64,000 bases of DNA from an uncultured Poribacteria bacterium (GCA_951813565.1 OX638351.1:1792001-1856000); one strand, 5' to 3'. Positions 42,081-51,928 are shown, counted from the first letter of the stretch. The notes: generated from the sequence alone by a model not told the origin. Program-made: numbers and translations.

Positions 42081-43548
42081 GGGTTGGAAACCCAATCCTT
42101 TAGGTTTGGGAGGAAAACCCGCCCTTGTGTGTTAGACCACCTATTTTGTCAAAACAAATGATTTTTTTGACAAAAAGTATCAAAAATGTTAGCATTATTA
42201 CTATCACGTTGGCAGACATGTTTAGCACTACCGCTTGGTAGTGTGTCTGCCTACCCGCTAAACAAGGGTTAAAGACGTGATACGTGATAGTCTATGAAAC
42301 GAACCTTTAAATATCGGGCATACCCGATGGTTGCTCAAGAACGCTGGTTGTTTGATGAGTTGAAGCACCAGAAAAAGTTGTATAACTATATGCTTCAGAT
42401 GCGTTCGCAGATGTGGGAGTATGGTAGTATTTCTGTGTCTATGTATGACCAGATCAATCACCTTGCGAAACTTCGTGAATCCAACTTGCACTATTCTGAA
42501 CATCCGCAGGATATGCAGGTGTCTACCATCAAACGCGTCAACGCTGCGCATCAAAACTTCTTTGGCAGATGCAAAGACCCGAAAGCGAAAAAGAAAGGTT
42601 CCCCAAAGTTTAAGCGTTCTGTCCGATCGGTGACGTGGAATTTGCGAAAACACAAACTCAAGACAGGTGAACGTGTCCGTCAAAATCCTATCCGTGGAAC
42701 AGGCGCGCGGCTGAACCGATTGAAAGTTCCGAAACTTGGTGAAGTCAAAATCCGTCAACACCGTCCGCTCATCGGAGACCCGAAAGAGGTCACGCTGAAA
42801 AAGACGGCGCGTGGCTGGTATTGCTTTATCGTTTGCGAAGTGCCTGATACGCTGAGATGTGTTCCGAAATCCGCTTGTGGTGTGGATGTCGGCACACACG
42901 ACTTTCTGACGACCTCTGATGGCGAAACGACACCGAACCCCCGATTTTACCGAACCGCTGAACGCAAACTTGCCAAACTTCAACGCGTCCTTTCTCGTAG
43001 ACAGCGGGGTAGCAACCGTTGGTATAAGGCACGCGTGGCATTGGCAAAACAATCCGATATTGTTGCCTGTCAACGTCTTGACTTTATCGCGAAAACGGCT
43101 TACTCTCTTTTCCATCACAAAGGCTTTGATGCCGTTGTTGCCGAGAAACTCAAACCGAGCAATATGATAAAGAATAGATACCTTGCTAAGTCCATCTCTG
43201 ACGCGGCTTGGGGCATGTTCTTTGACTGGTGCGATTGGGTTGCCAAACGCGATCGCAAACATTTCCATCAAGTGCCTCCACACCAAACAAGCCAAACTTG
43301 TTCGCAGTGTTGCCAAAAATCCAAAGTCAAACTGGGGTTGGCTCAACGTGTGTTCCATTGTCCATCTTGTGGCTTGAAACTTGACCGCGACCACAACGCG
43401 GCTTTGAATATCTTACACAGGGCAGCTTGTGCCCTTCGTGGAGAGGTATGGGATACCATCCTCTATGAAACGAGAAACCCGTTATTACAACAGGCTTGTT
43501 GGGGTTAACCTCTTAACAAGCCCAAGTCTTTAGGCTTGGGGACTTGAC
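42081..43548 (+). mobile_element. IS200/IS605-family element, TnpB only (IS1341-like)
   Basis: Left hairpin CCCAATCCTTTAGGTTTGGG, right hairpin CCCAAGTCTTTAGGCTTGGG then GACTTGAC; exact left boundary uncertain. Confidence 0.85.
42294..43508 (+). CDS. tnpB: RNA-guided endonuclease TnpB
   Basis: MKRTFKYRAYP, GVDVG, VVAEKL, TSQTCSQC...CPSCG, DRDHNAALNIL; all three RuvC acidic residues present. Confidence 0.95.
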   Translation: MKRTFKYRAYPMVAQERWLFDELKHQKKLYNYMLQMRSQMWEYGSISVSMYDQINHLAKLRESNLHYSEHPQDMQVSTIKRVNAAHQNFFGRCKDPKAKKKGSPKFKRSVRSVTWNLRKHKLKTGERVRQNPIRGTGARLNRLKVPKLGEVKIRQHRPLIGDPKEVTLKKTARGWYCFIVCEVPDTLRCVPKSACGVDVGTHDFLTTSDGETTPNPRFYRTAERKLAKLQRVLSRRQRGSNRWYKARVALAKQSDIVACQRLDFIAKTAYSLFHHKGFDAVVAEKLKPSNMIKNRYLAKSISDAAWGMFFDWCDWVAKRDRKHFHQVPPHQTSQTCSQCCQKSKVKLGLAQRVFHCPSCGLKLDRDHNAALNILHRAACALRGEVWDTILYETRNPLLQQACWG

Positions 43549-43615
43549 AAAGGCATTCAAAAGACTTTCGCTATACTTCTTGACAAATCTATGTAAATTG
43601 GTTAAACTAAAAAGG

Positions 43616-44731
43616 ATGTTCCAGAATGCAGCCGAAAGTCTCACGCTAATTGCTTCTGCTGCTGTGCAGTGGCTTTTTTATAGAAAACCTTTGCCGAAGG
43701 ACTTTATCCCAGAACGCATTCTCGTTGTTAAACTTGACCACCTCGGAGATGTCCTATTAGCAACACCGGTGTTTTCTAATTTCCGTAAGTCTTACCCAAA
43801 CACTGAATTGCACGCGCTCACTGGGGCATGGAGTCGTGTTATTTTGGAAAACCACCCTGACGTAGATAAGGTGTTAGAATACAATTCGCCTGCATTTTGC
43901 CGATCTGGACAACCGACATCTTTTAAGAATGCCCTGCAATTCTACCGTCAATTACGTCGCCATAAATACGATCTGTTAGTAGAACTTCGGGGTGATTGGC
44001 GTATTGTTTTGTTTGCTCTTTTACGTGTTGCTCCGAGACGGCTCAACCGCGCATCTTTACAGATTGCAAACAAGTTAGGTTTCTCACAATTCAGTGGGAC
44101 ACACGAAACAACACGGAACCTTGACATATTAAAACGATCAGGTATTCCAACACCAATACAAACTACTACTTTCTCAATAACAGAAGAAGATGAAAAATGG
44201 GCATCTAATTTTCTTCAAATGCATCAGATCGACATAGAACAGCCTTTTATTGTTATTCATCCCGGATCTCCAATCCCATTAAAAAGGTGGCAGCCTGAAC
44301 GCTACGCTGAATTAGCTGATTGGCTAATCACACAAAAACATGCACAAATATTGTTTGTCGGCGTAAAGGATGAAATCCCGATTATAAGCCAAATTCAAGA
44401 CCTAATGGAAGGAAAGTCTATCAACATTGCTGGCAAAACAACTATAACACAATTGGCATCTATCTTGCACACATGCAACGTGTTTATTGGAAATGATAGT
44501 GGTCCGATGCATCTCGCTGCAGCCGTGGGCACTCAAACAATTGGACTCTACGGTCCCGGCGATCCGAAACGATTTGGCCCTGTCGGAGACAAGTGCCAAA
44601 CTATTCGAAAGAAACCGGACTGTCCCCCATGTTTAGGTGCTAACTGCCGATTTGGAACAGATGGGTGTATGTCTAAAATTCAGGTAGACGATGTAATTCA
44701 GATACTCAAAAATTCTGACTATTTGCATTGA
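43616..44731 (+). CDS. Glycosyltransferase family 9 (LPS heptosyltransferase-like)
   Basis: DHLGDVLLATP, HPG...KRW, GNDSGPMHLAAA; start moved to ATG 43616 because the track start lies in the IS end. Confidence 0.92.
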   Translation: MFQNAAESLTLIASAAVQWLFYRKPLPKDFIPERILVVKLDHLGDVLLATPVFSNFRKSYPNTELHALTGAWSRVILENHPDVDKVLEYNSPAFCRSGQPTSFKNALQFYRQLRRHKYDLLVELRGDWRIVLFALLRVAPRRLNRASLQIANKLGFSQFSGTHETTRNLDILKRSGIPTPIQTTTFSITEEDEKWASNFLQMHQIDIEQPFIVIHPGSPIPLKRWQPERYAELADWLITQKHAQILFVGVKDEIPIISQIQDLMEGKSINIAGKTTITQLASILHTCNVFIGNDSGPMHLAAAVGTQTIGLYGPGDPKRFGPVGDKCQTIRKKPDCPPCLGANCRFGTDGCMSKIQVDDVIQILKNSDYLH

Positions 44732-44913
44732 CAAACGGTTGCAGGTAATAATAGGTCTGTTCCTAACAATAAACCTTAAAAACCGAAAACTGAATGCTCC
44801 TGCAATGAATTAAGGAAACTCATAATGTTTACATTTACGGAGTTTGTAGTAACGCAATTCTTTCTGGTATAACAAAAACGAACCTTAAATGCACTAAAAA
44901 GCATTTAGTACTA

Positions 44914-45927
44914 ACGTGAGTTTGATAAATAGTTTTAGTTGTTACATGTCATTGGAAACGGATAATTAATATCCTTGAGTTCTTTGCGTTTGAGTGAGGG
45001 TTTTTTCTTCAAATAGGTATAAGCGATCAAGGCAGCAACTGTATTGACTTGGAAGTTAGCATAACTTCTATGCCGTGTGTGTTGGATCTCTGTCTGAGTT
45101 TTGAGTTCTTTATTCACCGGCTCAATGAGCATCCGTTTTTTCAGGAGTTCTGCGTCAGCATCAGATAAGGGTTCGGGTTTCATGTTCTTGCGCACTTTGT
45201 AAACAAGTGACACACCCCCTTCCCGCAGTTTATCCCGCAGCTTTTTGTTGATATACCCTTTATCGGCATAAAGTTTGCCAAATAGCCCTTTGGTCAACTG
45301 TGGCACAGGTTTCCGGTCATCTGTGTTTCCGGGTGTCACCATAGCAGACAACAACTCACCTTGATCGTTGATGACGAGATGCAGTTTGAACCCGTAGAAC
45401 CATCCCATAGAGGTTTTGGATCGTTCTGCCCCATCAGCGAAGACACGATGCGCTGAAATCCGACGATTATGGCAAACTGGAAGTGGCGTTGAGTCAATGA
45501 AGGAAGTCCCATTACATTCACCGAAACGGGTGTTTAGAAGAATAGACAACGGCATCAAAACCTCTTGGGCAAGCTGCACAAACCGACTATAGCTGACAAG
45601 GTTTGGAAACGCCCAACGGAGGTTGCCACAGACATGCTCTTGATAATAGCTTTTGAAGTTTTTACACTTATGTTGATGAAAATAAATAAGTATTGTCATA
45701 ACTTCGCTCGGATGAAGACACCTAAGTCTGCCACGGGTATTGCTTGTTCCGGATATTTCTGGCAACTGGTGTTGTGCTTGATATTGTTCATACAAAAGAA
45801 AAAAGTCGTCAATTTTACAGAAAAGTGTTATGATATCCATCAGAGAACTCCTTATGTAAGTATTTGGTATACTTCATAATAACAAAGGGGTTCTCTATTT
45901 ACCAGTTTTTAATTATCAAACTCACGT
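44914..45927 (-). mobile_element. IS982-family insertion sequence (1014 bp)
   Basis: Perfect IR ACGTGAGTTTGATAA; TAGTACTA direct repeat at 44906-44913 and 45928-45935. Confidence 0.93.
44935..45840 (-). CDS. IS982 transposase
   Basis: LFCKIDDF, SEVMTI, FIDSTPLPVC, GWFYGFKLHL, LYADKGY. Confidence 0.95.
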   Translation of the reverse strand: MDIITLFCKIDDFFLLYEQYQAQHQLPEISGTSNTRGRLRCLHPSEVMTILIYFHQHKCKNFKSYYQEHVCGNLRWAFPNLVSYSRFVQLAQEVLMPLSILLNTRFGECNGTSFIDSTPLPVCHNRRISAHRVFADGAERSKTSMGWFYGFKLHLVINDQGELLSAMVTPGNTDDRKPVPQLTKGLFGKLYADKGYINKKLRDKLREGGVSLVYKVRKNMKPEPLSDADAELLKKRMLIEPVNKELKTQTEIQHTRHRSYANFQVNTVAALIAYTYLKKKPSLKRKELKDINYPFPMTCNN

Positions 45928-45934
45928 TAGTACT

Positions 45935-46304
45935 ACTATACTTTGGACAATTTTAGCTGTTTTCGTGAGGTTGGGTTAGAGAAAAACATATAGTTTTCAT
46001 ATTGGACACCTGTCGCCCCGCTGGGGCTGAAGCGGGTTGTTTACCGCGTTTCTATACACCTGTCGCCCCGCTGGGGCTGCCCAAAAGGTATTTTTGGACG
46101 AGTTCTTTCAGCAAGCAAAATCGCAGAAAATATAAATAATATAAGATGACACCTTAGCCCCAGCGGGGCGACAGGTATATAGAAGAAGGTAATTGCCGCT
46201 GTCTAAAGCCCCAGCGGGGCGACAGGTGTCCAATATTTTGCTTTGGACACCTAACAGTTTCTCAGCAAGTCCTCGAACAATATGTAAATTGTCCAAACTA
46301 TAGT
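45935..46304. mobile_element. MITE/REP cluster with four GCCCCGCTGGGGC palindromes
   Basis: ACTATACTTTGGACAATTT / AAATTGTCCAAACTATAGT ends; TAGTACT on both flanks; CACCTGTCGCCCCGCTGGGGCT twice forward and twice reverse. Confidence 0.8.
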
Positions 46305-46376
46305 TAGTACTACAATATTCAAACATATTTTTAGATTGATTATAACATCAACTTGTGATTTAATGGAGGAATAGAG

Positions 46377-47042
46377 ATGAAACCGAAATCAACGCAGATT
46401 CTATTTATACTTTTCACAATCGGTATCCTAATTACCCACATTGTCGGGTGCGGTAGTGATGATGACACCCCAGCAGAACCTACTGAGACATCTTCAACCG
46501 AAGAATCTACCGAGGAAGTGGTTATTGCATCAAGTAAACCGATTGACTATGATGCTGAAAAACAAGCTATCCAAGAAGTCTTCAGCACTTTTTACCTTGC
46601 CTTTAATAATAGAGATATGCCAGAGTTAAAGAAAACATGGCACGCAACCACCGCAGCTGAATTCGCTGTTGTTTGGGTCGCTGGAGGCTTTAATGAACAA
46701 GTTGGACCCACTGTAAGTTGGGCGAACGTTGAAGCAACAATACAACAAGGTTTGTGGGTTGGTCAAGGCACTGCCGGACAAAAATGGGGAAATACTAACC
46801 GGTTGTCCGAATTTTGGATTAGAAGAAAAAAAACAGGTTCAAGAGAGTTAGAAGCCAGCGCAAGAGGATTGAATTGTTTTAGACCTGGCGCTCCAGGGAC
46901 GACCCTTGTTTATCTTGTCAAAAAAAATGATAAATGGTTAATTGAACAGATAGATAGTATGACACAACCGAGTCTCGCCTCTCGTAGAGGCAAACCACTT
47001 ATTAGTAAATACTTTACTGACCCAGATGCCAAAGCTGAATAA
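46377..47042 (+). CDS. Lipoprotein with NTF2/SnoaL-like domain
   Basis: IVGC lipobox; EKQAIQEVFSTFYLAFNNRD...LVKKNDKWLI. Confidence 0.75.
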   Translation: MKPKSTQILFILFTIGILITHIVGCGSDDDTPAEPTETSSTEESTEEVVIASSKPIDYDAEKQAIQEVFSTFYLAFNNRDMPELKKTWHATTAAEFAVVWVAGGFNEQVGPTVSWANVEATIQQGLWVGQGTAGQKWGNTNRLSEFWIRRKKTGSRELEASARGLNCFRPGAPGTTLVYLVKKNDKWLIEQIDSMTQPSLASRRGKPLISKYFTDPDAKAE

Positions 47043-47044
47043 GC

Positions 47045-47158
47045 TGCCCCATTTTGTGCAGCTTCTAACCTACTTGCCCTATTTTGTGCAGCTTTTACGC
47101 TCTCAATATAGGGTTTACCCGCATATACCATATACTTTCTAATGGCATATAAATTGCA
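47045..47158 (+). promoter_or_regulatory. Sigma54 promoter with tandem upstream activator sites
   Basis: TGGCAT-ATAAA-TTGCA (GG-N10-GC) at 47143-47158; TGCCCYATTTTGTGCAGCTT at 47045 and 47075. Confidence 0.75.
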
Positions 47159-47235
47159 TAGAGAAGTATAGGTTTAGTTTATTAATTTTAAAGTTTGTAT
47201 CAAAAACCAAATTTGTAATATTTTTGTGAGGTGAA

Positions 47236-48720
47236 ATGATGAGTGCTAAAAGAACATCTGGTGCCTTTATGACTTCACTTCTACTCCACTTAGTTTTAGT
47301 TCTTATTGCGGGACTCTATTTTGTTACGCAAACACAGACATTTAAGGATTTAGTTGGAATAGAAACGTTTGATCCGCCGGATCCACCGAAGCCTAAGGTA
47401 CGAAAACCTATTGTCAAGCAGATTATGAAACCGATTGTCCCGGTAGAAAATACGGTTGTCGTTGAACAAGTTCAAGTTCAACCGCGTTTAACAACTGCTT
47501 TCGCGCCAAAGACGACTCAAAATATCCAACAAACGGTACTGGAATTTTCTAACCAAGCCGTCAAGGTAGATGCTCCGATTAATCCAAATGTACCGAAAGT
47601 TGTTAGACCGAACGCACCAGTTCCAGAGGTGGTTACTCACACCGATTTACCCGTGTCAAATGCTCCCAGCGCTTTGGCTTTTGCTGGTCCTGCAGCAAGT
47701 GCACCTTCCGCGGGCCCCACTAACATTTCCCGTGGTGTCGCAGGAAGTCCCGTTCAGGTGAAAGTAACATTTCAACGTGCCCCAGGACTCGCGATGGTTG
47801 AAAACGTCGGTGTAGTTCGCGACGCACTTGGTAATGTTGCTGAAAGCATCACACTTGGTAACGTTGAAGTTCCACCATTGCCCAAGGGTGAACCGGGTGG
47901 ACGCGTCATCGGTAAAGGTCGTGATATTCGTGGTGTCCTCCGCTTTACGCGAATCCGCCATACCCTTTCTGACTGGTGGGCTGATTCTTCTTCGTTGAAT
48001 GCTCTTACCAAATGGCTCAACGAGAAAACCAAGATTAAAACGGATATGAATGTTGAAGGGGGATCACTAAAACTGACAGACTCAAATTTATTTAAAACGC
48101 CACTCGCTTTTATGACAGGACACGATCCGGCACTCACGCGGTCGCGGAACCTGCTCGGAAAACAGTATGGTGGTGGTAAAATGGATAGTCGGTTTACCGA
48201 AGCAGAAGCTGCCGGACTTCGTAAATACCTTGTTGAAAGAGGTGGTTTCTTGGTCTTTGACGACTGCGGTGTAAACGCTCCCGCACAAGCGATGGTGCGT
48301 TTGTTCATCGCACAAATGCGCTATGTCATGCCCGAATACCAAATTGAACGGATTGACAATACCCACGAGATCTATGACAACTTCTATACAATAGGTGGAC
48401 CTCCCGTCGGATTTGATATTTTCTGGTGGGGCACACGTCCGCCAAAACGGAATTACCTTGAAGGGTTCTCCGTAGGTGAAAAATTGTCCGTTATTGTCGT
48501 CCGCCGTGACTATATGTGCGCAATGGAAGCTGTTAGTTTACCAACACGGAGTGTCCACTATTCGCCTGGTGTCTATCGTTTCATGACGAATGTTGTCGTC
48601 TATGCTTTGACACACGGTGCCATTTCCGATTACAAAGGTTATGTGCCTGAAGATACTTTAGCGCAGAAGGAACTTCCGAAACGCGCGCCTGAAGCAGCAA
48701 AAATTGGAGCAACTGAATAA
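47236..48720 (+). CDS. DUF4159-domain protein with N-terminal SLLLH anchor and Pro-rich linker
   Basis: FMTGH, LRKYLVERGGFLVFDDC, NVVVYALTH. Confidence 0.8.
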   Translation: MMSAKRTSGAFMTSLLLHLVLVLIAGLYFVTQTQTFKDLVGIETFDPPDPPKPKVRKPIVKQIMKPIVPVENTVVVEQVQVQPRLTTAFAPKTTQNIQQTVLEFSNQAVKVDAPINPNVPKVVRPNAPVPEVVTHTDLPVSNAPSALAFAGPAASAPSAGPTNISRGVAGSPVQVKVTFQRAPGLAMVENVGVVRDALGNVAESITLGNVEVPPLPKGEPGGRVIGKGRDIRGVLRFTRIRHTLSDWWADSSSLNALTKWLNEKTKIKTDMNVEGGSLKLTDSNLFKTPLAFMTGHDPALTRSRNLLGKQYGGGKMDSRFTEAEAAGLRKYLVERGGFLVFDDCGVNAPAQAMVRLFIAQMRYVMPEYQIERIDNTHEIYDNFYTIGGPPVGFDIFWWGTRPPKRNYLEGFSVGEKLSVIVVRRDYMCAMEAVSLPTRSVHYSPGVYRFMTNVVVYALTHGAISDYKGYVPEDTLAQKELPKRAPEAAKIGATE

Positions 48721-48763
48721 CAATCTATTTTAGAATTATTCAATTGCTATCTTTTTCTATCAG

Positions 48764-48810
48764 AAATCTCCCGATGACAGACTTTTTAAGTTGTCGTCGG
48801 GAGATTTTTT
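48764..48810 (+). terminator. Intrinsic terminator
   Basis: AAATCTCCCGATGACA...TGTCGTCGGGAGATTTTTT. Confidence 0.75.
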
Positions 48811-48997
48811 GTTGGCAATACTCTTGTGGGAGGGTTTTGTAAGCCCGATTTCAATGTAAATTCAGTTAGTTGCTTGTCTGTTTGTAGTCGTGAAATTCAT
48901 TGTGCTTTTTGGCACTATCTTACATTTCAGAACTAAAAAACTATGGTAGATTTTGGAATTACTTGGACACTCTGCACCAGCGAGGTTAGGAAACCTC

Positions 48998-49256
48998 CAA
49001 ATCAAGAAATCAACGCTACAAATCATGGCGAATGCCATACGCGCATTCGTCTTTAGGCATTTGGCCAAATCAACGCTGAATACGCTTTTGGTATTCAGCC
49101 AAATCAACGCAGCATGCGCCAAATCAAGAAATCAACGGTATGAATCATGGCGAATGCCATACGCGCATTCGTCTTTAGTCATTCACCGGGTCCGAATGCC
49201 TGTTGGCATTCCCCGTATGGCATGCTGCGGGTATGAATGCCATTTAGGCATTCCCC
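48998..49256 (+). repeat. Nested/tandem array of about 8 hairpin micro-elements inside a REP palindrome
   Basis: Repeated AAATCAAC/G leader + AATGC/CATGC...GCATT/GCATG hairpins splitting GCGAGGTTAGGAAACCTC|GCCTAC. Confidence 0.85.
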
Positions 49257-49366
49257 GCCTACCGAGGGAGGCAAGTGTCTATTTATTTTTATAATTCACC
49301 ATAAATAGTCTTGATAACTCAAAGAAATATAGATTCTCCAACAAAATTATGCTATCATAGAACTAA

Positions 49367-49477
49367 TACCAATTCTATGAATTATTTTTTTTTTGAAAAT
49401 AAATGTCCGAGGCGCAATGAATTGCGCGACTACAAACGGTCTATTTCTTTACGAGGCATTATTTTTTAGAAATGGTA
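49367..49477. mobile_element. MITE with IS630-like ends
   Basis: TAA|TACCAATTCTA...TAGAAATGGTA|TAA. Confidence 0.8.
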
Positions 49478-49504
49478 TAACAATTAATTAGAGGTGAAAA
49501 TAAA

Positions 49505-50341
49505 TTGAAACTTGGCGTATCTACCTATTCATATTGGCATTTTAAAACTGAAAAGGTACCGATTGAACATGTCATTGAAGAAGCCGCACGACTTGAACTC
49601 GACGGCATTGAAATCTTACATCAACAGATGACGACCGAAGCTAATCCCTATCTTCAGAAACTGAAGCGGCTCGCGTTTATTCATGGACTTGATTTGTACG
49701 CACTCTCCATTCATCAAGGTTTCGTTTCTCCAGATACGGACACGCGGCAAAAAAACATCAATCATACGATACACTGCATACGGTTAGCGCATGAACTCGG
49801 CATCCCATCAATACGACTCAACTCGGGGCGATGGGGAACTATCAAATCCTTTGATGAATTAATGAAAACTGAAGGGAAAGAGCCAACCTTACCCGATCAC
49901 ACCGAAGATGAGGCATTCGATTGGGTGATAGCGTCAATTGAAAAGTGTCTCCCAGATGCTGAGAAATACGGGGTAATCCTTGGGCTTGAAAATCACTGGG
50001 GGTTGACATGTGCACCAGAGGGCGTCAATCGCATTCTCTCTACTATTGACTCAGAATGGTTAAAGGTAACAATGGATTGCGGCAATTTCCTCTCCGATCC
50101 TTATGATAAACTTGCACAGATCGCTCCCGAAGCAGTGCTTGTTCATGCAAAAACTTATTATGGTGGAGGGGAATGGTACACTTTAGACCTTGATTATGCA
50201 AAAATCGGAGAGATTCTGCGGCGTGTTGGATTCCACGGATATGTGTCTATTGAGTTTGAGGGAAAAGAGGATGCACACATCGGAGTGCCACAAAGTGTGG
50301 AAATGCTGCGTAACACCCTCAATGCCAAAAGCGATCTATAA
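49505..50341 (+). CDS. Sugar phosphate isomerase/epimerase
   Basis: LGVSTYSYW, LGLENHWG, MDCGNF, HAKTY, SIEFEG. Confidence 0.88.
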   Translation: MKLGVSTYSYWHFKTEKVPIEHVIEEAARLELDGIEILHQQMTTEANPYLQKLKRLAFIHGLDLYALSIHQGFVSPDTDTRQKNINHTIHCIRLAHELGIPSIRLNSGRWGTIKSFDELMKTEGKEPTLPDHTEDEAFDWVIASIEKCLPDAEKYGVILGLENHWGLTCAPEGVNRILSTIDSEWLKVTMDCGNFLSDPYDKLAQIAPEAVLVHAKTYYGGGEWYTLDLDYAKIGEILRRVGFHGYVSIEFEGKEDAHIGVPQSVEMLRNTLNAKSDL

Positions 50342-50348
50342 TTACAAT

Positions 50349-50379
50349 AAAAAGGGCGGGTTTGTGCTCGCCCTTTTTT
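50349..50379. terminator. Bidirectional intrinsic terminator
   Basis: AAAAAGGGCGGG...CTCGCCCTTTTT between convergent genes. Confidence 0.75.
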
Positions 50380-50391
50380 ACATTTATCTAA

Positions 50392-50549
50392 TACCATTTC
50401 AAAAAAATAAGATTTCATTATGAGATTTGTATGTTCACTCTCAAGTGAAGAATGTCCGAGGCGCAATGAATTGCGCTTGGTGAATGTGCGTCCGACATTC
50501 ACATTAAACGCGTTTTTTGTTAATGAAAGGCGATCAATTAGAAATGGTA
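50392..50549. mobile_element. MITE with IS630-like ends
   Basis: TAA|TACCATTTC...TAGAAATGGTA|TAA; near-identical copy at 53516-53671. Confidence 0.85.
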
Positions 50550-51661
50550 TAACTTGTTTCCCAAGGTGCTACTTCACCAACTGCTTGTGGTGCTGGGAAA
50601 CGACTTGATACATCAACAGGTTTTCCTAAATCTGACGACTCAAGCACCCGTTCACAAACCTCTAACACATGCCGTGCTTGCGCCCCGTTACACCTTGGGA
50701 TTCGGTCATTTCTAATCGCATCCGCAAAGTCCGCTACACCCTTTCCCCAATCCAAACCCGTGAATGCCTTCGGTGGGGAGGATTCGTCCTGCCATCCCGA
50801 TTGTGGTGTGAATTTCTTGATGCCTCGACCGTCATCATGAGCCTGAATGGAGAACCCTCCTTTTGTGCCATGGATTTCGTACGGAGGAATCTGTGAGGTT
50901 ACGGTAAAACTGTGGTAGATGAAACCGTGCGAACCACCTGCTTGTGGAACATCAAATTCAAGTACAGCGAACCCATGATCCTTTTCAGTGACCTCAAATT
51001 CAGTGCCTTGACGTGGCCCTTGGGTTAACACCCGTTTAGGCACAGCCACTCTTGCAAACCCATGAACTGTTTTGACTGGACCTATCATTGTTGTCATTGC
51101 AGTCAAAGGATAAGGTGCGACGTCTCGGAAGGGGCCTGCATGTTTTAAAAACGCATCCGCATTCGGATGCCAATGTTCCAAAGGACCACCGAAGTTGCCA
51201 AGGGCAGAAATTACATCACCAATTTCACCGTCGCGAATACGTTTCCAGACGTTCTGCTGAACATAACCGAGTATAGCGGATGGCGCACATGCCAGTTTCA
51301 AGCCATTAGCTTCTGCTGTTTCTACAAGTTCGTTCGCTTCATCGGTCTTGATAGAAATCGGCTTTTCAGAATAGACATGCTTACCTGCTTTCAGTGCTGC
51401 TAATGATACAGGATAATGTGAAATATGGATAGTCAAATTCACAATCGCTTCCACATTAGGGTCGTTCAAAACATCTTCAAGCGAGGGATAGACCTTCCCA
51501 CCACCTCTTTCTGCAAGTGCTGATGCACGCGCTTCGTCTTGGTCATAATAGCCAACCAATTCAATCTGATTCGGGTACGCTTGACATCGTGGTTGATAAC
51601 CGCCTGCTGCAATCATACCGCATCCAACGATCACAGTCCGTAACGGGGTTGTGTTAGACAT
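50534..51661 (-). CDS. Gfo/Idh/MocA oxidoreductase
   Basis: IVGCGMIA, GKHVYSEKPI, GPFRDVAPY. Confidence 0.92.
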   Translation of the reverse strand: MSNTTPLRTVIVGCGMIAAGGYQPRCQAYPNQIELVGYYDQDEARASALAERGGGKVYPSLEDVLNDPNVEAIVNLTIHISHYPVSLAALKAGKHVYSEKPISIKTDEANELVETAEANGLKLACAPSAILGYVQQNVWKRIRDGEIGDVISALGNFGGPLEHWHPNADAFLKHAGPFRDVAPYPLTAMTTMIGPVKTVHGFARVAVPKRVLTQGPRQGTEFEVTEKDHGFAVLEFDVPQAGGSHGFIYHSFTVTSQIPPYEIHGTKGGFSIQAHDDGRGIKKFTPQSGWQDESSPPKAFTGLDWGKGVADFADAIRNDRIPRCNGAQARHVLEVCERVLESSDLGKPVDVSSRFPAPQAVGEVAPWETSYTISN

Positions 51662-51928
51662 TCAAATTCTCCTTTTTGATCGCTAATTCACATTTTAAGC
51701 ATAGCAAATTCTTAAATTTATGCCAATAGAAATCAGGTTTTGACCATGATTATTTAGTTTTGGGATTTTCTTGTGATATTTTTCACAGATGTTTACCCGG
51801 TAGGTGCGGTTTCCTAACCACACCTGACGCCAATAAAACAAGATAAATCCTGTTAATTTGGTATAATAACGTGAGTTCAACATAGGTTAGAGAAATCTGA
51901 CACAATAATATCATAGTATCACATATTG

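Noticed and set aside
42258..43394. Long antisense ORFs opposite tnpB (also 52139-53230)
   Set aside because: Shadow ORFs of tnpB with no recognisable motifs.
48998..49256. CRISPR array
   Set aside because: There is no constant repeat with unique spacers; units are nested and degenerate, and no cas genes lie in the window.
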